Shown here in pieces: positions 1 through 13,298 of a DNA stretch of 64,000 nucleotides; position 1 is the first letter of the stretch, and every line of letters starts with the position of its first letter. Source of the stretch: Octopus sinensis. Lineage: Eukaryota. The stretch lies in assembly GCF_006345805.1 (NCBI RefSeq), contig NC_042999.1, positions 50,592,001-50,656,000 on the forward strand, read 5' to 3'. The position numbers were made by a program, and so were the translations under genes. Under the pieces are notes generated by a model, which did no database searches, was not told the DNA's origin, and saw only the letters and a program-made list of their open reading frames with translations.

Positions 1-1745
1 AGTGGCACATAAAAACACCTTCCGAAGACCCGGCAAGACTAGTCAGGCCATAAACCATGGCCCCTACCTGGGACGTAGTCAGTCCACCTGTGCATACCTT
101 CCTCCTTGTGATACTTGGAAGGCCTGTTGAGGCAAGTGAAAATCAAAATCAAAATCAAATCAAAACAAATCAAAATAGATGAACATCAATGGAATTTGTA
201 TCTTTGTGGTACCAGTGCCAGTGGCACACAAGAGAAAACCATCCGAAAGTGGCCGTAGCCAGTACCGCATCGACTGGCCTCCGTGCTGTGGGCACATGAC
301 AAACACCATCCGATCGTGGCCGTTCGCCAGCCTCATCTAGCACCTGTGTCGGTGGCACATAAAAACACCATCCGAAGACCCGGCAAGACTAGTCAGGCCA
401 TAACCCATGGCCCCTACCTGGGACGTAGTCAGTCCACCTGTGCATACCTTCCTTCTTGTGACACTTGTGAAGACCTGTTGAGGCAAGTGAAAATCAAAAT
501 CAAAACAAATCAAAATAGATGAACATCAATGGAATCTGTATCTTTGTGGTACCAGTGCCGGTGGCACACACTTTGTGGTACCAGTGCCGGTGGCACGCAA
601 GAGAACCATCCGAACGTGGCCGTAGCCAGTTCCGCATCGACCGGCCTCCGTGCTGTGGGCACGTAACAAACACCATCCGATCATGGCCGTTCGCCAGCCT
701 CATCTGGCACCTGTGTCGGTGGCACATAAAAACACCTTCCGAAGACCCGGCAAGACTAGTCAGTCCACCTGTGCATACCTTCCTTCTTGTGACACTTGTG
801 AAGACCGGTTGAGGCAAGTGAAAATCAAATCAAATCAAAATAGACAAAATAGATGAACATCAATGGAATTTGTATCTTGTGGTACCAGTGCCTGTGGCAC
901 ACAAGAATCCATCAGTGCCGTAGTCAGTGCGGTGGGCACATGACAAACACCATCCGATCGTGGCCGTTTGCCAGCCTCATCTAGCACCTGTGTCGGTGGC
1001 ACATAAAAACACCATCCGAAGACCCGGCAAGACTAGTCAGGCCATAACCCATGGCCCCTACCTGGGACGTAGTCAGTCCACCTGTGCATACCTTCCTTCT
1101 TGTAACACTTGTGAAGACCTGTTGAGACAGTGAAAATCAAAACAAATCAAAATAGATGAACATCAATGGAATTTGTATCTTTGTGGTACCAGTGCCGGTG
1201 GCACGTGGCACATAAGAAAACCATCCGAACGTGGCCGTAGCCAGTACCGAATCGACTGCCTCCGTGCTGTGGGCACGTAACAAGCACCATCCGATCGTGG
1301 CCGTTTGCCAGCCTCATCTGGCACCTGTGTCGGTGGGACATAAAAAACACCATCCGAGCGTGGCCGTCTGCCAGCCTCATCTGGCACCTGTGTCGGTGGC
1401 ACATAAAAACACCATCCGAGCGTGGCCGTCTGCCAGCCTCGTCTGGCACCTGTGTCGGTGGCACATAAAAACACCATCCGAGCGTGGCCGTCTGCCAGCC
1501 TCGTCTGGCACCTGTGTCGGTGGCACATAAAAACAACCATCCGAGCGTGGCCGTTTGCCAGCCTCGTCTGGCACCTGTGTCGGTGGCACATAAAATCACC
1601 CACTACACTCTCGGAGTGGTTGGCGTTAGGAAGGGCATCCAGCTGTAGAAACACTGCCAGATCTGACTGGACTGGTGCAGCTTTCGGGCTCCCCAGACCC
1701 CAGTTGAACCGTCCAACCCATGCTAGCATGGAAAGCGGACGTTAA

Positions 1746-1779
<34 letters not shown>
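1..1779 (+). mobile_element. Non-autonomous non-LTR element (family E, probably RTE-related) with internal tandem expansions and (GAT)n tail
   Basis: Recurring blocks AAATCAAAATAGATGAACATCAATGG at ~170, 512, 848, 1147; ~60-bp units at ~1285-1600; body GGTTGGCGTTAGGAAGGGCATCCAGC; 3' end CATGCTAGCATGGAAAGCGGACGTTAAA-(TGA)n. The same body and tail recur at 7.0, 12.1, 15.1, 27.6 and 46.1 kb. Confidence 0.8.
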
Positions 1780-2954
1780 CGTGAATAAATAAGCATTACA
1801 TTTGACAGGGTAATCTGAATGCTAAAGGTCAAAGAAAGTGAAATATGGGTACTTAATACAATAATTCAATAGAGATTGGAGAAAAACAGGCAAGATGGCA
1901 GCATTTAGTTTGGATGGTTGACTTAATTCATTCCTCAAATGACTTAATCCACATGAATCGTGGGTGAATACCTTTAGTAGATTCCGTTATTTTGCAAGCA
2001 TTTGAGGATCCACAGTCCATGAAAATGTCTTTCTTTCCTTATACCAACCTTGGAGAACATACTGGGTTCTAATCTGGCTTCTCTGATTAAGTCATTATAA
2101 AAAGATAACACGCAGAGGATAAGTCAGCAGAAAGGAAATAATTGATTATTAATGGTCGGCCATTATATGGATAGCAACTGCATCAGGACCAACAGATGTT
2201 GTTGTTGTTGCTGTAGTTGTTGTTGTTATTGTTGTTGCATTTGTTGCTTAGCTCCAGGTCATTCTTGATCAAGCAAATCTTTCAAAAAAGACTTTATGAT
2301 CAAGGATCGAAAACATTCCAGTTGTAATCATCAAGTTCTTTTCTTTTTCAAGCATAGTTTATCTAAGACATTATCTAATGTGCTTTACCGTTTTTGAAGA
2401 CATTGATATTAGGGAAGTTTGGCTGTTATTTATTTTTTTTATCAGGTTCGGTGACCTGTAACGGTTCCTTTGTTGGCTCATAGAATATGAACAGATTCTA
2501 GGTAGAAGGCTGCTGTCGGCTGACAATGAAGAATATCTGTGATCAATGAAGATCAAAGAAGATATTGGGAAAAAATGGCGAAGTTAGTTCTGAGAATGTT
2601 GCATCACACAGATAAGATGGCGATAATGCAGCATAGATTAGTGGATGTTAAAATGCTGATGGTAATGATCATTGGCATCCTCATAATTGCAGCAGGGTTG
2701 CAATATTAGTAAATGAAGAAGTGGTGGAATAGCAGAATTGGTACAGCATTGAACAAAATACTTTGTGGTTTTTAATTAAACCTCTTTACATTCAGAATTC
2801 AAATATTAACCTGCTGAGGTTAACTATGATCATCATCATTTAACATTTGTTTTATATGATGGCATGGTCCAGATGGTTTGACAGGAGCAGGCAAGTCAAA
2901 AGACAGTACCAACCTCTACAGTCTGGGTAAGGTAGAATTACGTTCTCAAGTCAT

Positions 2955-3182
2955 ACCAACTGATAAGGGCCGGTTTCCTGGTTTCTCTGGTATATATATT
3001 TCCCACCTGGATGGGACACTGGTCCATCGCAGGATTACACATTTTTGCCAGCTGAGTGAACTGGAGCAACATGAAATGAAGTGTTTTGCTCAAGAAAACA
3101 ATGTGTCGCCCAGTCCAGCAATTGAAACCACAGTCTTATGATCATGAGTCTAACACCCTAACCACTAAGCCACACACCTCCA
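2955..3182 (-). mobile_element. tRNA-derived SINE, family D
   Basis: Minus strand GTGTGGCTTAGTGGTTAGGGTGTTAGACTCATGATC head; homologous to 46.9, 48.1, 60.15, 62.3 kb copies. Confidence 0.7.
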
Positions 3183-3419
3183 CAGCTCTACTGTCTGCTT
3201 TGGCATAGTTTCTATGGCTGGATACCCTTCCTAAAGTCAACCACTTTACAGAGTGTACTGGGTGCTTTTCATGTGGCATCAGCTATAGTGTGTGATCACC
3301 AAGTAATAAGCAAGAGAAAGATACCCTTGACTGACAGGATTTGGGTAGTATTGAGGAAGGGAGGTTTGGGCCAGGGGATGAGAGGTTAGCATATCAGTAG
3401 AGAGACAGAAATAAGCTTT

Positions 3420-3665
3420 TTGTTTAGCAGCATTTCATCTGTCTTTATGGTCTGAGTTCAAATTCTGCCAAGGTCAACTTTGCTTTCCATCATTTTGAGG
3501 TCATTAGAATAAGTATTTGAACCTTATGTGTTCAAATTCCGTTGTGGTAGACTTTGCCTTTCATCTTTTAGGGTCGATAAATTAAGTACCAGTCAAACAC
3601 TAGGGTCAATGTAACCGATTAGTCCCCTCCCACCAAATATCAGACCTGGTACCTTTAGTAAAAGA
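3420..3665 (+). mobile_element. SINE family B (degenerate)
   Basis: GAGTTCAAATTC B-box, GGTCAACTTTGCTTTCCATC, AAGTACCAG..GGGTCAATGTAA body shared with many copies. Confidence 0.7.
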
Positions 3666-4013
3666 GATTATTATTATTATTATCATTATTATTGCGTGAC
3701 AGAGCAGTGCATGGCATCAAAGTGACACTGGGGTAAAATATACGAAGCCCAGTATACCCATCATGACTACCCGTCTGATTAGGATACACTAGGCACATGC
3801 ATCACAACCATGTATGCACATGGTGATCTCATATCAAGATAACCAGCACATGACCTTGAGGTGGGGCCCAGTTAGAATTTTCTTCTGGCCCATCCTGCTC
3901 AAAAGGTCCCTGAATAAGGGTTGTTTAAGGATGTTGAACGAAACACCCATGTTTCCAGAGGTGAATTATTCAAACCCCAAAGAATCCCTCTCAACACATG
4001 GCTATGATGCTCC

Positions 4014-4044
<31 letters not shown>

Positions 4045-5170
4045 TCATAATTATTTTATTATTATTATTATTATTATTACTAGCAAATCTACCCATCTAT
4101 GATGGCGGCATAAAATGAAGGAGGGAAGTCATAACAGCAGTATGTATTGAAAAATGTGTAAATGGATTTTAATATCAATATGATTACAAAACTTCTTTAT
4201 AAACAATATTTTGCGTGTAGTCGACACTAATTTTCAAATAACCGGAGTCCATTGCTCTACTCAGAGCGACATATAACTGGCCGGGTGTAAACATCGGAGA
4301 GAGTAAAAATACACCTACATGATCTAAAGTCTGGGCCTGTGCCTTGTTTGTTGTGAATGAGAATATCAGCTTTATAGGAAGTTACACTTGTCTTGATTTT
4401 CGACGAGCTAGAGTGTTCCTTGTCTGTTCTCAAGCTCTCACTTGAGGATTTCTCTGTGTTATTTGGCAAGCTAGCATATCCTTGCTCTGTTCCAACACTC
4501 TCACTTCTGTACTATGGCGAATTCTATGAGTTTTCGTATCCTTATTTTATTGGATTTGTCTGTATTCACTGTTAGATACTCTTTTATCTTTTATAGTGGC
4601 AGCTTTCCCAGTAGTCCAACCAATTCCTGATTTCCATTTCCAGATCATAATAGCAAGGAATGAAGGAAAATTTAATAAAGCATTACACAGCTTTATGCAT
4701 ACAATCGTTATTGACAAAGTTCATAGTAGTCATAAAGATGAGCCAAAGTCATCACAATCATTCGTTAATAAAGCTTTCCTAAACTAAAACTTTCTTATAG
4801 GGCATAATTCAGTGGAAAAGTAAGTTGATTTACTTTCCTTTGTTTCTTTTATTAGGAATTATCTCCCTTAAATTTTAATTTACTTTTTTTTATGCCCGTA
4901 ATTTTTATTTACTTTTTTGTACACCTGTAAACAGAACAATTACTCTAAATAGCTTCTAAATAATCATATTTCTTCAAATTTTTTTTGCTAAAAACCTGCC
5001 TGATTACCTCCTTGATAATCCACTGAAAAACATTGTGACCATTGGTCCTGCCATTTCACTATGAAGAGGGTACTGACAGACAGACCGTCATAAAGCCCAT
5101 TATAGTATGGTTATTATATTATACCATTTTAAAAGGATTGATGAAACTCTTCACAAAGGTAAGCAGACAT

Positions 5171-5383
5171 GACAAAGAGTGCAATGCGATTGCAATAGAT
5201 ATTCTATTGGTTGAACGATATTTTAACAGCAAGCCTGTCTTTGTCAAGTTCAAAATGAAAAGTGATAAAAATTTTAAATTTGAATTTTTATCACTTCATT
5301 TTGAACTCGACAAAGACAGGCTTGCTGTTGAAATATCGTTCAACCAATAAAATATCTATTGCAATCGCATTGCACTCTTTGTC
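5171..5383. repeat. ~213-bp near-perfect palindrome (fold-back/MITE-like)
   Basis: GACAAAGAGTGCAATGCGATTGCAATAG... mirrored by ...CTATTGCAATCGCATTGCACTCTTTGTC, ~100-bp arms. Confidence 0.9.
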
Positions 5384-5406
5384 TTGTGTATTTTTACCAT
5401 TATTAT

Positions 5407-5808
5407 TACTCTTTTACTCTTTTATTTGTTTCAGTCATTTGACTGCGGCCATGCTGGAGCACCACCTTTAGTTGAGCAAATCAACCCCAGGACTTATTCT
5501 TTGGAAGGCTAGTACTTATTCTATCGAACTCTTTTGCTAAACCGCTAAATTACGGGGACATAAACACACCAGCATCAGTTGTCAAGCGGTGTTGGGGGGG
5601 GGACAAACTCAGACACACAAACACACACGTACATATATATATATATGTATACATATATACGACGGGCTTCTTTCAGTTTCTGTCTACCCAAATCCACTCA
5701 CAAGGCTTTGATCGGCCTGAGGCTATAGAAGAAGACACTTGCCCAAGGTGTCACGCAGTGGGACTGAACCGGAACCATGTGGCTGGTAAGCAAGCTACCT
5801 ACCACACA

Positions 5809-5809
<1 letters not shown>
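5407..5809 (-). mobile_element. tRNA-derived SINE, family A
   Basis: Minus head CTGTGTGGTAGGTAGCTTGC..GGTTCAGTCCC (A/B boxes), central microsatellite, tail CTGAAACAAATAAAAGAGTAAAAGAG. Confidence 0.85.
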
Positions 5810-5838
<29 letters not shown>

Positions 5839-5840
<2 letters not shown>

Positions 5841-6085
5841 GGCAGCGTGCCTGGCAGAATCATCAGCATGCCGGGAAAAATGCTTAGCAGCATTTTGATC
5901 ATCTTTATGGTTAGAGTTCAATTTCTGCCAAGGTCAACTTTGCTTTCCATAATTTTGAGGTCAATAGAATAAGTATTTGAACCTTATGAGTTCAAATTCC
6001 GCTGAGGTAGACTTTGCCACTGGAGTCAATGTAATCGAATCAGGCTCTCCCACAAAATTGCTGTCCTTGTGGCAAAATTTGAAAC
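5839..6085 (+). mobile_element. SINE family B
   Basis: GGCAGCGTGCCTGGCAGAATC head, GAGTTCAAATTCC B-box, (ATT)n tail. Confidence 0.7.
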
Positions 6086-6999
6086 CATTATTATTATTAT
6101 TATTATTATTATTATCATTATTATTATTATTATATTATTATTATTATCATAATCATCATTTCAGGCAAGCCATACTTCAGTATTTTGTAAATGTATTATA
6201 ATCGAACCTTTTTACTTTACTTACCAATTTCCAAAATCTCAAACCCAACATGAAACATTATATAATGTTCTCTCTTTATTTATTTATCTTTTTATTTTTT
6301 TTATTTGAAGCCGGTCAACCTGATCACAATGAATGACATCTAAAAGAATCAATCGTTTTCCAAAAAATCAATCATTTCAAAAATCTCTCTGATCTGCACA
6401 GTTAATGACTGTATCCTCAAAAACTCAGTGAATCATAATGCTAAAGTCTGGCTTTGTGGTGTTAAATGCATTATAGATAAATCTCATACTGAATATTATG
6501 CCTGTTTATCACAGGAATATATTTCTAGAATATATGGTACTTATTTTCAATGTCTAAATGAACCAAAATATCTGTAAAATATATAATAAGCACAGACATG
6601 GCTATGTGATTAAGAAGTTTACTTAGGACGTAGTCTCAGGTTTAGTCTAATCACATGCTACTTTGAGCAAGTATTCTTCAGCTATAGACTTGGGTCAAAC
6701 ACTGCTTTATGAGTGAAGTTGTAAAGTGGAAACTGCATAGAAGCCTCCCAACCTTGAAATTTCAGGTTCAGTCTCACTGAGAGGTACCATGAGTAAATGT
6801 CTTCAAACCATAGACTAAGGTCAACCAGACCCTTGTGAGTGGATTTGGTAGGCACACACAGTGATGAGAAAAGATCTTTGGATGCTGGGCCTCAGTGTGG
6901 AAATTACAAGGGACAGGGAGATGTGACGATTTGCAGTACTTGACAAGACATGTCAAGCTAAGCAAAAATCATTGTCTTCCACACATACAGGCTTGTCCT

Positions 7000-7250
7000 T
7001 TCAGGTGCCAGCGCCACTTAAAAGGTACTTGTGCCAGTGCTGCATAAACACACCTATGCTGGTGGCACATAAAAAGCACCCAGAACACATTGTTAAATGG
7101 TTGGCATTAGAAAGGGCACCAGCCATAGAAACCATGCCACAACAGGCAATTGGAATCTGGGTAGCTTCCAACTAACCAGCTCCATGTCAAACCATCCAAC
7201 CCATGCCAGCATAGAAAATGGACATTAAACAATGATGATGATGATGACAA
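7000..7250 (+). mobile_element. Family E element fragment with (GAT)n tail
   Basis: TGGTTGGCATTAGAAAGGGCACCAGCC and CCAACCCATGCCAGCATAGAAAATGGACATTAAAC-(GAT)n. Confidence 0.7.
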
Positions 7251-7766
7251 TGACAACGACGACGATGATGATGCTTTGACAATTTGTGATAATTTGTTTA
7301 AATGCCTGCAATTTAATCAAACAGAATAGGAACCAGACTTAAAATAAGCATTGAGGGTCAATTTAATCAACTGAGAACCTTCAAGGTTCTGCCCACAAAT
7401 AGTTGTTATAATAGAGTAATAGGGTGTATTCTATTCTATTTTCATAATTTTATATCTATGAGACTCTAAGAATGGCAAAATTATATCTGTGAAGATGAAA
7501 GTCAAAGGTTTTGCCATATTCCAGTGAAAATATAATATTCAGCATAGTAACTAATGGAATCAATCAACATCCAGAAACAAAATACATCAAAATCAACAAA
7601 AAATATCTGGTACACTACTTACCAACTAAATTTTTGATATCAATAACTATTTTTCTGTCAATAAATACTTGTATAAGAATAAAAATCAATGAATATCTAG
7701 AACTGCATCATGGTCTTCAAATAAATATACACCAAGTAATTACTCATATATATATATATATATATA

Positions 7767-8055
7767 TACTTTATAATTAGGGTTAGCAAAGATTTGCTTT
7801 ACCACATACCGAAGTTTAGAAATAGCAGCCAAAATACCATAGCTATTTCTTCTACTTTAAAAAGGAACTCCCAGAAGTAGAAGAAATAGCTGTGGTTTTT
7901 TGGCTGCTATTTCTAAACTTCGGTATGTGGTAAAGCAAATCTTTGCTAACCCTAATTATAAAGTATTATTTAAGTTTACCATGAATTGGTCCTTTTTCAT
8001 GCTGAAATTATTGATTACTTCTTAATTAATTAATTTTACCCTTTGTTATTTTTGA
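7767..8055. mobile_element. Hairpin-plus-tail element, copy 1
   Basis: Inverted arms 7767-7965, then tail ending TTAATTAATTTTACCCTTT; (TA)n on both sides. Confidence 0.75.
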
Positions 8056-8067
8056 TATATATATATG

Positions 8068-8430
8068 TACAAACATTTTATAATTATAAACATAATTATA
8101 ATTAGGGTTAAGCAAAATTGCTTTACTACATACTGAAATTTAGAAATAGCAGTTAAATACTATTCCACTACCATAAGATATCTCCCAGACAGCAAAGTTG
8201 AGAGTATTGCTGTCTGGGAGATATCTTATGGTAGTGGAATAGTATTTAACAGCTATTTCTAAATTTCGGTATGTGGTGAAGCAATTTTAAAAACCCTAAT
8301 TATAATTATGTTTATAATTATAAAATTTTTGTATAAGTTTACCAATAATGGTTCTTTTAACATACCAAACTACTTGGTAAAATTATTAATTATAAATTGA
8401 TTAATTAATTTTACCCTTTATTATTATTTG
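8068..8430. mobile_element. Hairpin-plus-tail element, copy 2
   Basis: Inverted arms 8068-8333 (AATTAGGGTT..CATACTGAAATTTAGAAATAGCAG), same tail as copies 1 and 3. Confidence 0.75.
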
Positions 8431-9279
8431 ATTATATATATATTTCGTTTTTGGATTTGGTTTGCAAGATTCTTTATGTGAGTTCGTGTGTTGAAGCATA
8501 TTTTGTTGTGTCTGGGAGAGTCATTCTGTTTTAGTGACTTATAATTTAACACACCCACCGGTAAAATTTCCACTTATTTCTTTTTTATTTTTCTATAATT
8601 TTCATTGCGTCTTGCATCCTTTTCAATATTTTTGATTCTGTCCATTATTCACACTGCATTCTTTTTTGTTTGTTTGTGCACATGTGTGTGGGTTTGTGTG
8701 TGTGTGTGCCTAAAGATGCATGTATGTATGCATGTGTGTGTATGCATGTATTGTATGTGTTCATATGTATACATGTATGTATGTGTGTATATTTGTATGT
8801 ATGTATGTATTCTGCATATTCATGTGTTTGCATGTCCATGTTTGCGTGTTTTTATGTATGTGTGTGTTTGTATATGTGTGTGTGTACCTCTGTCTCCTTG
8901 TGTGTGCATGTGTGTGTGTGTGTTTTGCAACCATGTACCATGTTTGTATGTAAGGATGTGCATCTCCATATGTGTGGATGTGTGTCTCCATTTGTGTCCT
9001 TGTGTGAAGTGAAGTGTGTGTGTATATATGGTCATGTGTTTCAGTCTCCATTTGTGTATGTGTACGTATGTGTGATGTCTGTTCATATAACCTATGAACC
9101 TATCCGTCTGTATGTTGATTTGTTTACTTTAATATCCATATGTTTATACACATGTGCATATACATATATATACATACACCCACATGCACACACACATACA
9201 TACATCTACCTACATAACAGCCCACTAACTATTCTACTATACCTGTGTAAACTGTGGGTATGGGAGTATGATATGTACT

Positions 9280-10240
9280 ATGTATATTTCCTATTTAGTA
9301 TTGGGGAAGTTTCATTTTTGAGGACATACTCCTGTATTTGTCTGAGTGTTGGGTCTTTTGGGTGCTTGGATAAGATGTAGATGTCAAGTTGACCCAGGTT
9401 GCCTCCATGTTGGTCCTTGGCATGCTGTAGAGTATGGAGGGCTGTTTTTTGTTGTCATATTGTCTCAAATGTTCATTTAGTTGTTCCGCAATGCTCCTAG
9501 ATGTCTCTCCTAAGTATGTCATATTCATGTCTTTACAAATACCTTCTATGCATCTTATGCTGTAAACTACATTTATAGTTCTACAGTTAATGCCAGGGTT
9601 AATCCTACATACCATGCAGTTATCATTAGTGCATATGGTATTCTCAAAGGGGTATGTCCTACATGGTTGTAATCTGACGGAGTTACCTAGCTTTTCAACA
9701 ATCGTAATACTGAGTTTGATCTCCTTCAGAGCTTTTCTAAATCTACGGGCTAGTTCTCCATGAGCTGTGGCCTCTACAAACATTCACTTTTTGATGTTTG
9801 TCAGTTTTATACCACATGTTCACCCTGTTTGCTTTGTCACAAGTTCTTTGTATCCTATTCCAGTCTTCGTTTCCATATCTAGAGCAGGTACCACTGGTAT
9901 CATAACATATAATGTTATCTAATTTCCTTCTAGCACCCCTGTATACTCAAATCCTATCTTTCTGATCATATCCAGAGAATTGCATGTGGTGCATGAAGTT
10001 CTGTATATGTTTCTTTGTTTCATAGGTTCGCATAGTGGGGACATGTTGATCATTATCCTAAGTCTGCAATCAGTATGTTAATTTTCATGTTGTGTGGACA
10101 AAGCTGAGTTCTTGTGAACAACATATTTTGAAGCTATGGGTTTCATGTAATAGGAGTGGAGGAGCTGTATCTATATAATGATGACCATGGGATTATTGTG
10201 TTCTGAAAAGCATTGGCAGTTTTGTGCATAGTAACAATAG
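9280..10240 (-). pseudogene. Penelope-like element relic: RT thumb remnant + GIY-YIG endonuclease
   Basis: ORF 9295-9783: FVEATAHGELA..IVEKLGNS..PF..C-x4-C-x2-C..VVYSIRC..YLGETSRS..NEH. Upstream minus-strand fragment YYMKPIASKYVVHKNSALS resembles the PLE thumb; broken by stops/frameshifts. Confidence 0.8.
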
Positions 10241-11559
10241 AAAAACATTGTCATTAAACCTAATAGAGTTCTTTAACAGATAAATATTTTTGCAGGAATA
10301 AGAAATGGCTCATATCATGTCAACTCATCCAGTTCATGATGTATTACTCTTATTAATTTACAGAATAAATTGCAAGCTCTAATTCAATAGATATTGCAAT
10401 ATTCAGTGGCAAACTATTTAGCATAAATATCAATTACCAAATGCTACATAATTTTTTCACACTGTATCAAAATATGATATCTTCTCTGGAGTACTACTGT
10501 GCAATGCATGCAGTTTGTTATATGTTCTATAGCAAATCATCATCAGCATTTTACATCTGCTTTTCCATGTTGGCATGGATTGTATGGTTTTTCCTAAGAC
10601 AATAATTTACAACCATATGCTTTTTCTATTATCAACCATTTTAGATACCTCTTCCATCATGCAGGGATGTGGTGTACCTATTCTACAACTTGTATATACA
10701 CAGAGTAATTACACTCTATATAAAATGCAGTACCTATTTATTATCCTTAATATAATTCATGTATAACACTAATGTAAGAGACAATATAATGTAAGAAACT
10801 CTAGGGAAAGCTGAACTAGTGAATGTCTTCAGAGATACAGCTGTCCTCAAGCAAGTGTTTTGACCTTAACTCCTTACATTTAAAGAAGACAGGCTACATC
10901 CAGATTTTGATTCCTAGATGTCCCTCAGCGGTTAAATTCTGTATCATTATTTGGGTTCACACCAGCACCTTCCAGGTTCATCAGGTACATCAACACCAAG
11001 TTTGCTTTTGTGATAGAGATTTTAGTTGTTTTACTGTCAAACACCAGTAGTAAGTAGAGAAAGTTATATCAACTGAAATTTATTTTCATTCCTGTTTGAA
11101 TAGATCTGCCAGAGCATTGTCTTTAACTCTTTACATACTACCCCACCCAAGTCTGCCCTTGATTCTATGATAGAAACTTTTAGTTCGAAAGTGATCTAAA
11201 TTAGAACCTTTCATCAAAATTCCATGTTAATTTGATTATGCTCCATACTCCAAATTCCTAATGACAAAGGATTTTAACTAAATTCACCATTAGTTTTTTT
11301 TAATTAACTGAGAGGCAGTTCATTAAGATTATGGTAAGGAAAAGGTTAAAGCTTTGATCATCTTCCTCTAGTAGCTGAGAGCTATTTCGCCATTTCATGA
11401 AATCATACATAGATCTACCTACACATCCCCTGGTATACATATTTTAAAACTGGGATAGATATGGTAATATATTTTGGAGTAAATGTAGTAGAGCAATCCC
11501 CCACTTTATAAGACCCCAAGTTTACAAGTTCTATTATATGATAAACTTTTGAAGCACAA

Positions 11560-12055
11560 GGTCCAAATTTTGAATGAAGTGCAAAAATTTCCACTACCAC
11601 AACAAATGCTTCTGAGAAATTTATAGAGAGCAAAAAAAAAAATGCTTCTTTTAAGCAAATTACTCTAGACTTGTTTTTAAAAAGAAATTTACAAGTCCAG
11701 CTATGTTTTTTTAAAAAGAAATCTACAAATCCGTTTATGAGTGCTTGTGAATCAGTGATTGCGTCTACAAGTGATGTGCACAAGTCTAGTGTGAGTGAAA
11801 GGGATTCAGAAAATGATTGTGATAATAATATTTTTTATTATAAATGATCTTGACATTCTTTTTGCTTTAAATAAAATATTCTTTACATTCTACTGTTGTT
11901 TTATTGCCATTTATTTATGTGTATTATAAATTTTATTGGGAAAATATTTTTTCTGGGAACAAATTACGATTTATAACATTGCTACCATGGGAAATTATTG
12001 CTCTGCTTTATGAGTTTTTGTTTTACAAGCAGTCTCCGGGAACAAGTTAACACAA
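11560..12055 (+). mobile_element. Possible Tigger/pogo DNA transposon 3' relic
   Basis: Frame reads KKNASFKQITLDLF (Tigger-like C-terminus). 11950-12050 (GGAACAAATT..ATGGGAAA..TTACAAGCA..GGAAC) resembles Tigger subterminal sequence as I recall it; no paired TIR found. Confidence 0.45.
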
Positions 12056-12061
12056 CTCTGC

Positions 12062-12476
12062 TTGTAAAGACCTGTTGAGGCAAGTGAACTCGAAATCAAA
12101 TTTGATGACTGGTATCTGTGCTAGTGGAGTGCTAAGAGCACCATTCATGCGTGATCATTGCCAGAGTGGAACATAGAAAAACATTTGAGCGAGGTCGTTG
12201 CCAGTGCCACTGGACTGGCTCCTGTGCAGGTGGCATGTAAAAAACACCATCTGAGCATGGCCATTGCTTGTACTGCATGACTGGCTTTCATGCTGGTGGC
12301 ACGTAAAAGCACCTACTACACTCTTGGAGTGGTTGGTGTTAGGAAGGGCATCCTGCTGTAGAAACTCTGCCAGATCAAGATTGGAGCCTGGTGCAACCAT
12401 CTGGTTCACCAGTCCTCAGTCAAATCGTCCAACCCATGCTAGCGTAGAAAGCGGACGTTAAATGATGATGATGACG
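12062..12476 (+). mobile_element. Family E element with (GAT)n tail
   Basis: GGTTGGTGTTAGGAAGGGCATCC body; AACCCATGCTAGCGTAGAAAGCGGACGTTAAATGATG tail. Confidence 0.8.
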
Positions 12477-13298
12477 ATTCCAGCATAACTGTACTATTTA
12501 CCACCTTTAGTACAGTCAATGTATAAAACTAATATAATAATACTATCAACGTGTAAAAATACTGATATATAAGACTAGCAAATGTAATAATGCTATCACT
12601 AAAACCTGATACATATTCCAGTGTTGAGCCAAAACTTTTCTAATGCTAGAAAAAGTAGCCATATCTCCCTCAAATCACACCTTATCTTAAAACAGAAAAG
12701 GATGCATCAGATACTACAGTCTTTGATGCAGCATGTCTGTATAAAGAAAGTAAAAAAAGAATACCTGTTGATATTGGTCTGCTTCATTAATCCTGGCCTG
12801 GAGCTAAATAACTTTTCCCTTTGTATAAAAATAGCACGACATAACTTATGCATTTGCATCTCAGTTCCATCCAGCTGAATTAATATAATTAATTAAACAT
12901 TTAATTACTGTAAACAATTAAATTAATAAATAACTTCAGTTATAATATGCATTGGCATGTTTTTAATTTTATTTCCAACGAGTTTGCTTTCTTTCTATCA
13001 ATGTTATTTTGGAATTAGTCTGTCCGAAACAGTAATTACTGTTTTTAGTGATGGCAGTAGTGACACTGGTGGTACTCACACCCAGATCAGTGCAGATGAA
13101 GCAGACATCATTTAAGGCAGCCCAGCTGCAACCATCCCATCTAGGACTAGATTATCAAAAGGGACCTACCCTCTTTTTAAGATACGGTTAGGGTTAGTAG
13201 ATTTTGATAGTAGATAGTAGATTTTAATATATGAGTGATTTGGCTATTTTTCATGACAAGTATAATAGTGATGTAGACATTTTATTAAGTACAAATAA

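Noticed and set aside
170-1745. Overlapping repetitive ORFs (also 15.1-15.9 kb and 63.4-64 kb)
   Set aside because: Products of GC-rich tandem units open on both strands; no domain.
4257-4820. Protein-like frames on both strands with a good acceptor (4596) and donor (4820)
   Set aside because: Every frame has stops, there is no recognisable domain, and no consistent exon chain.
8605-9380. Long Cys/Val/Tyr/His-rich ORFs here and at 13.4, 16.2, 18.2, 20.7, 50, 53 and 60 kb
   Set aside because: Translations of TG/TA/CA microsatellites.
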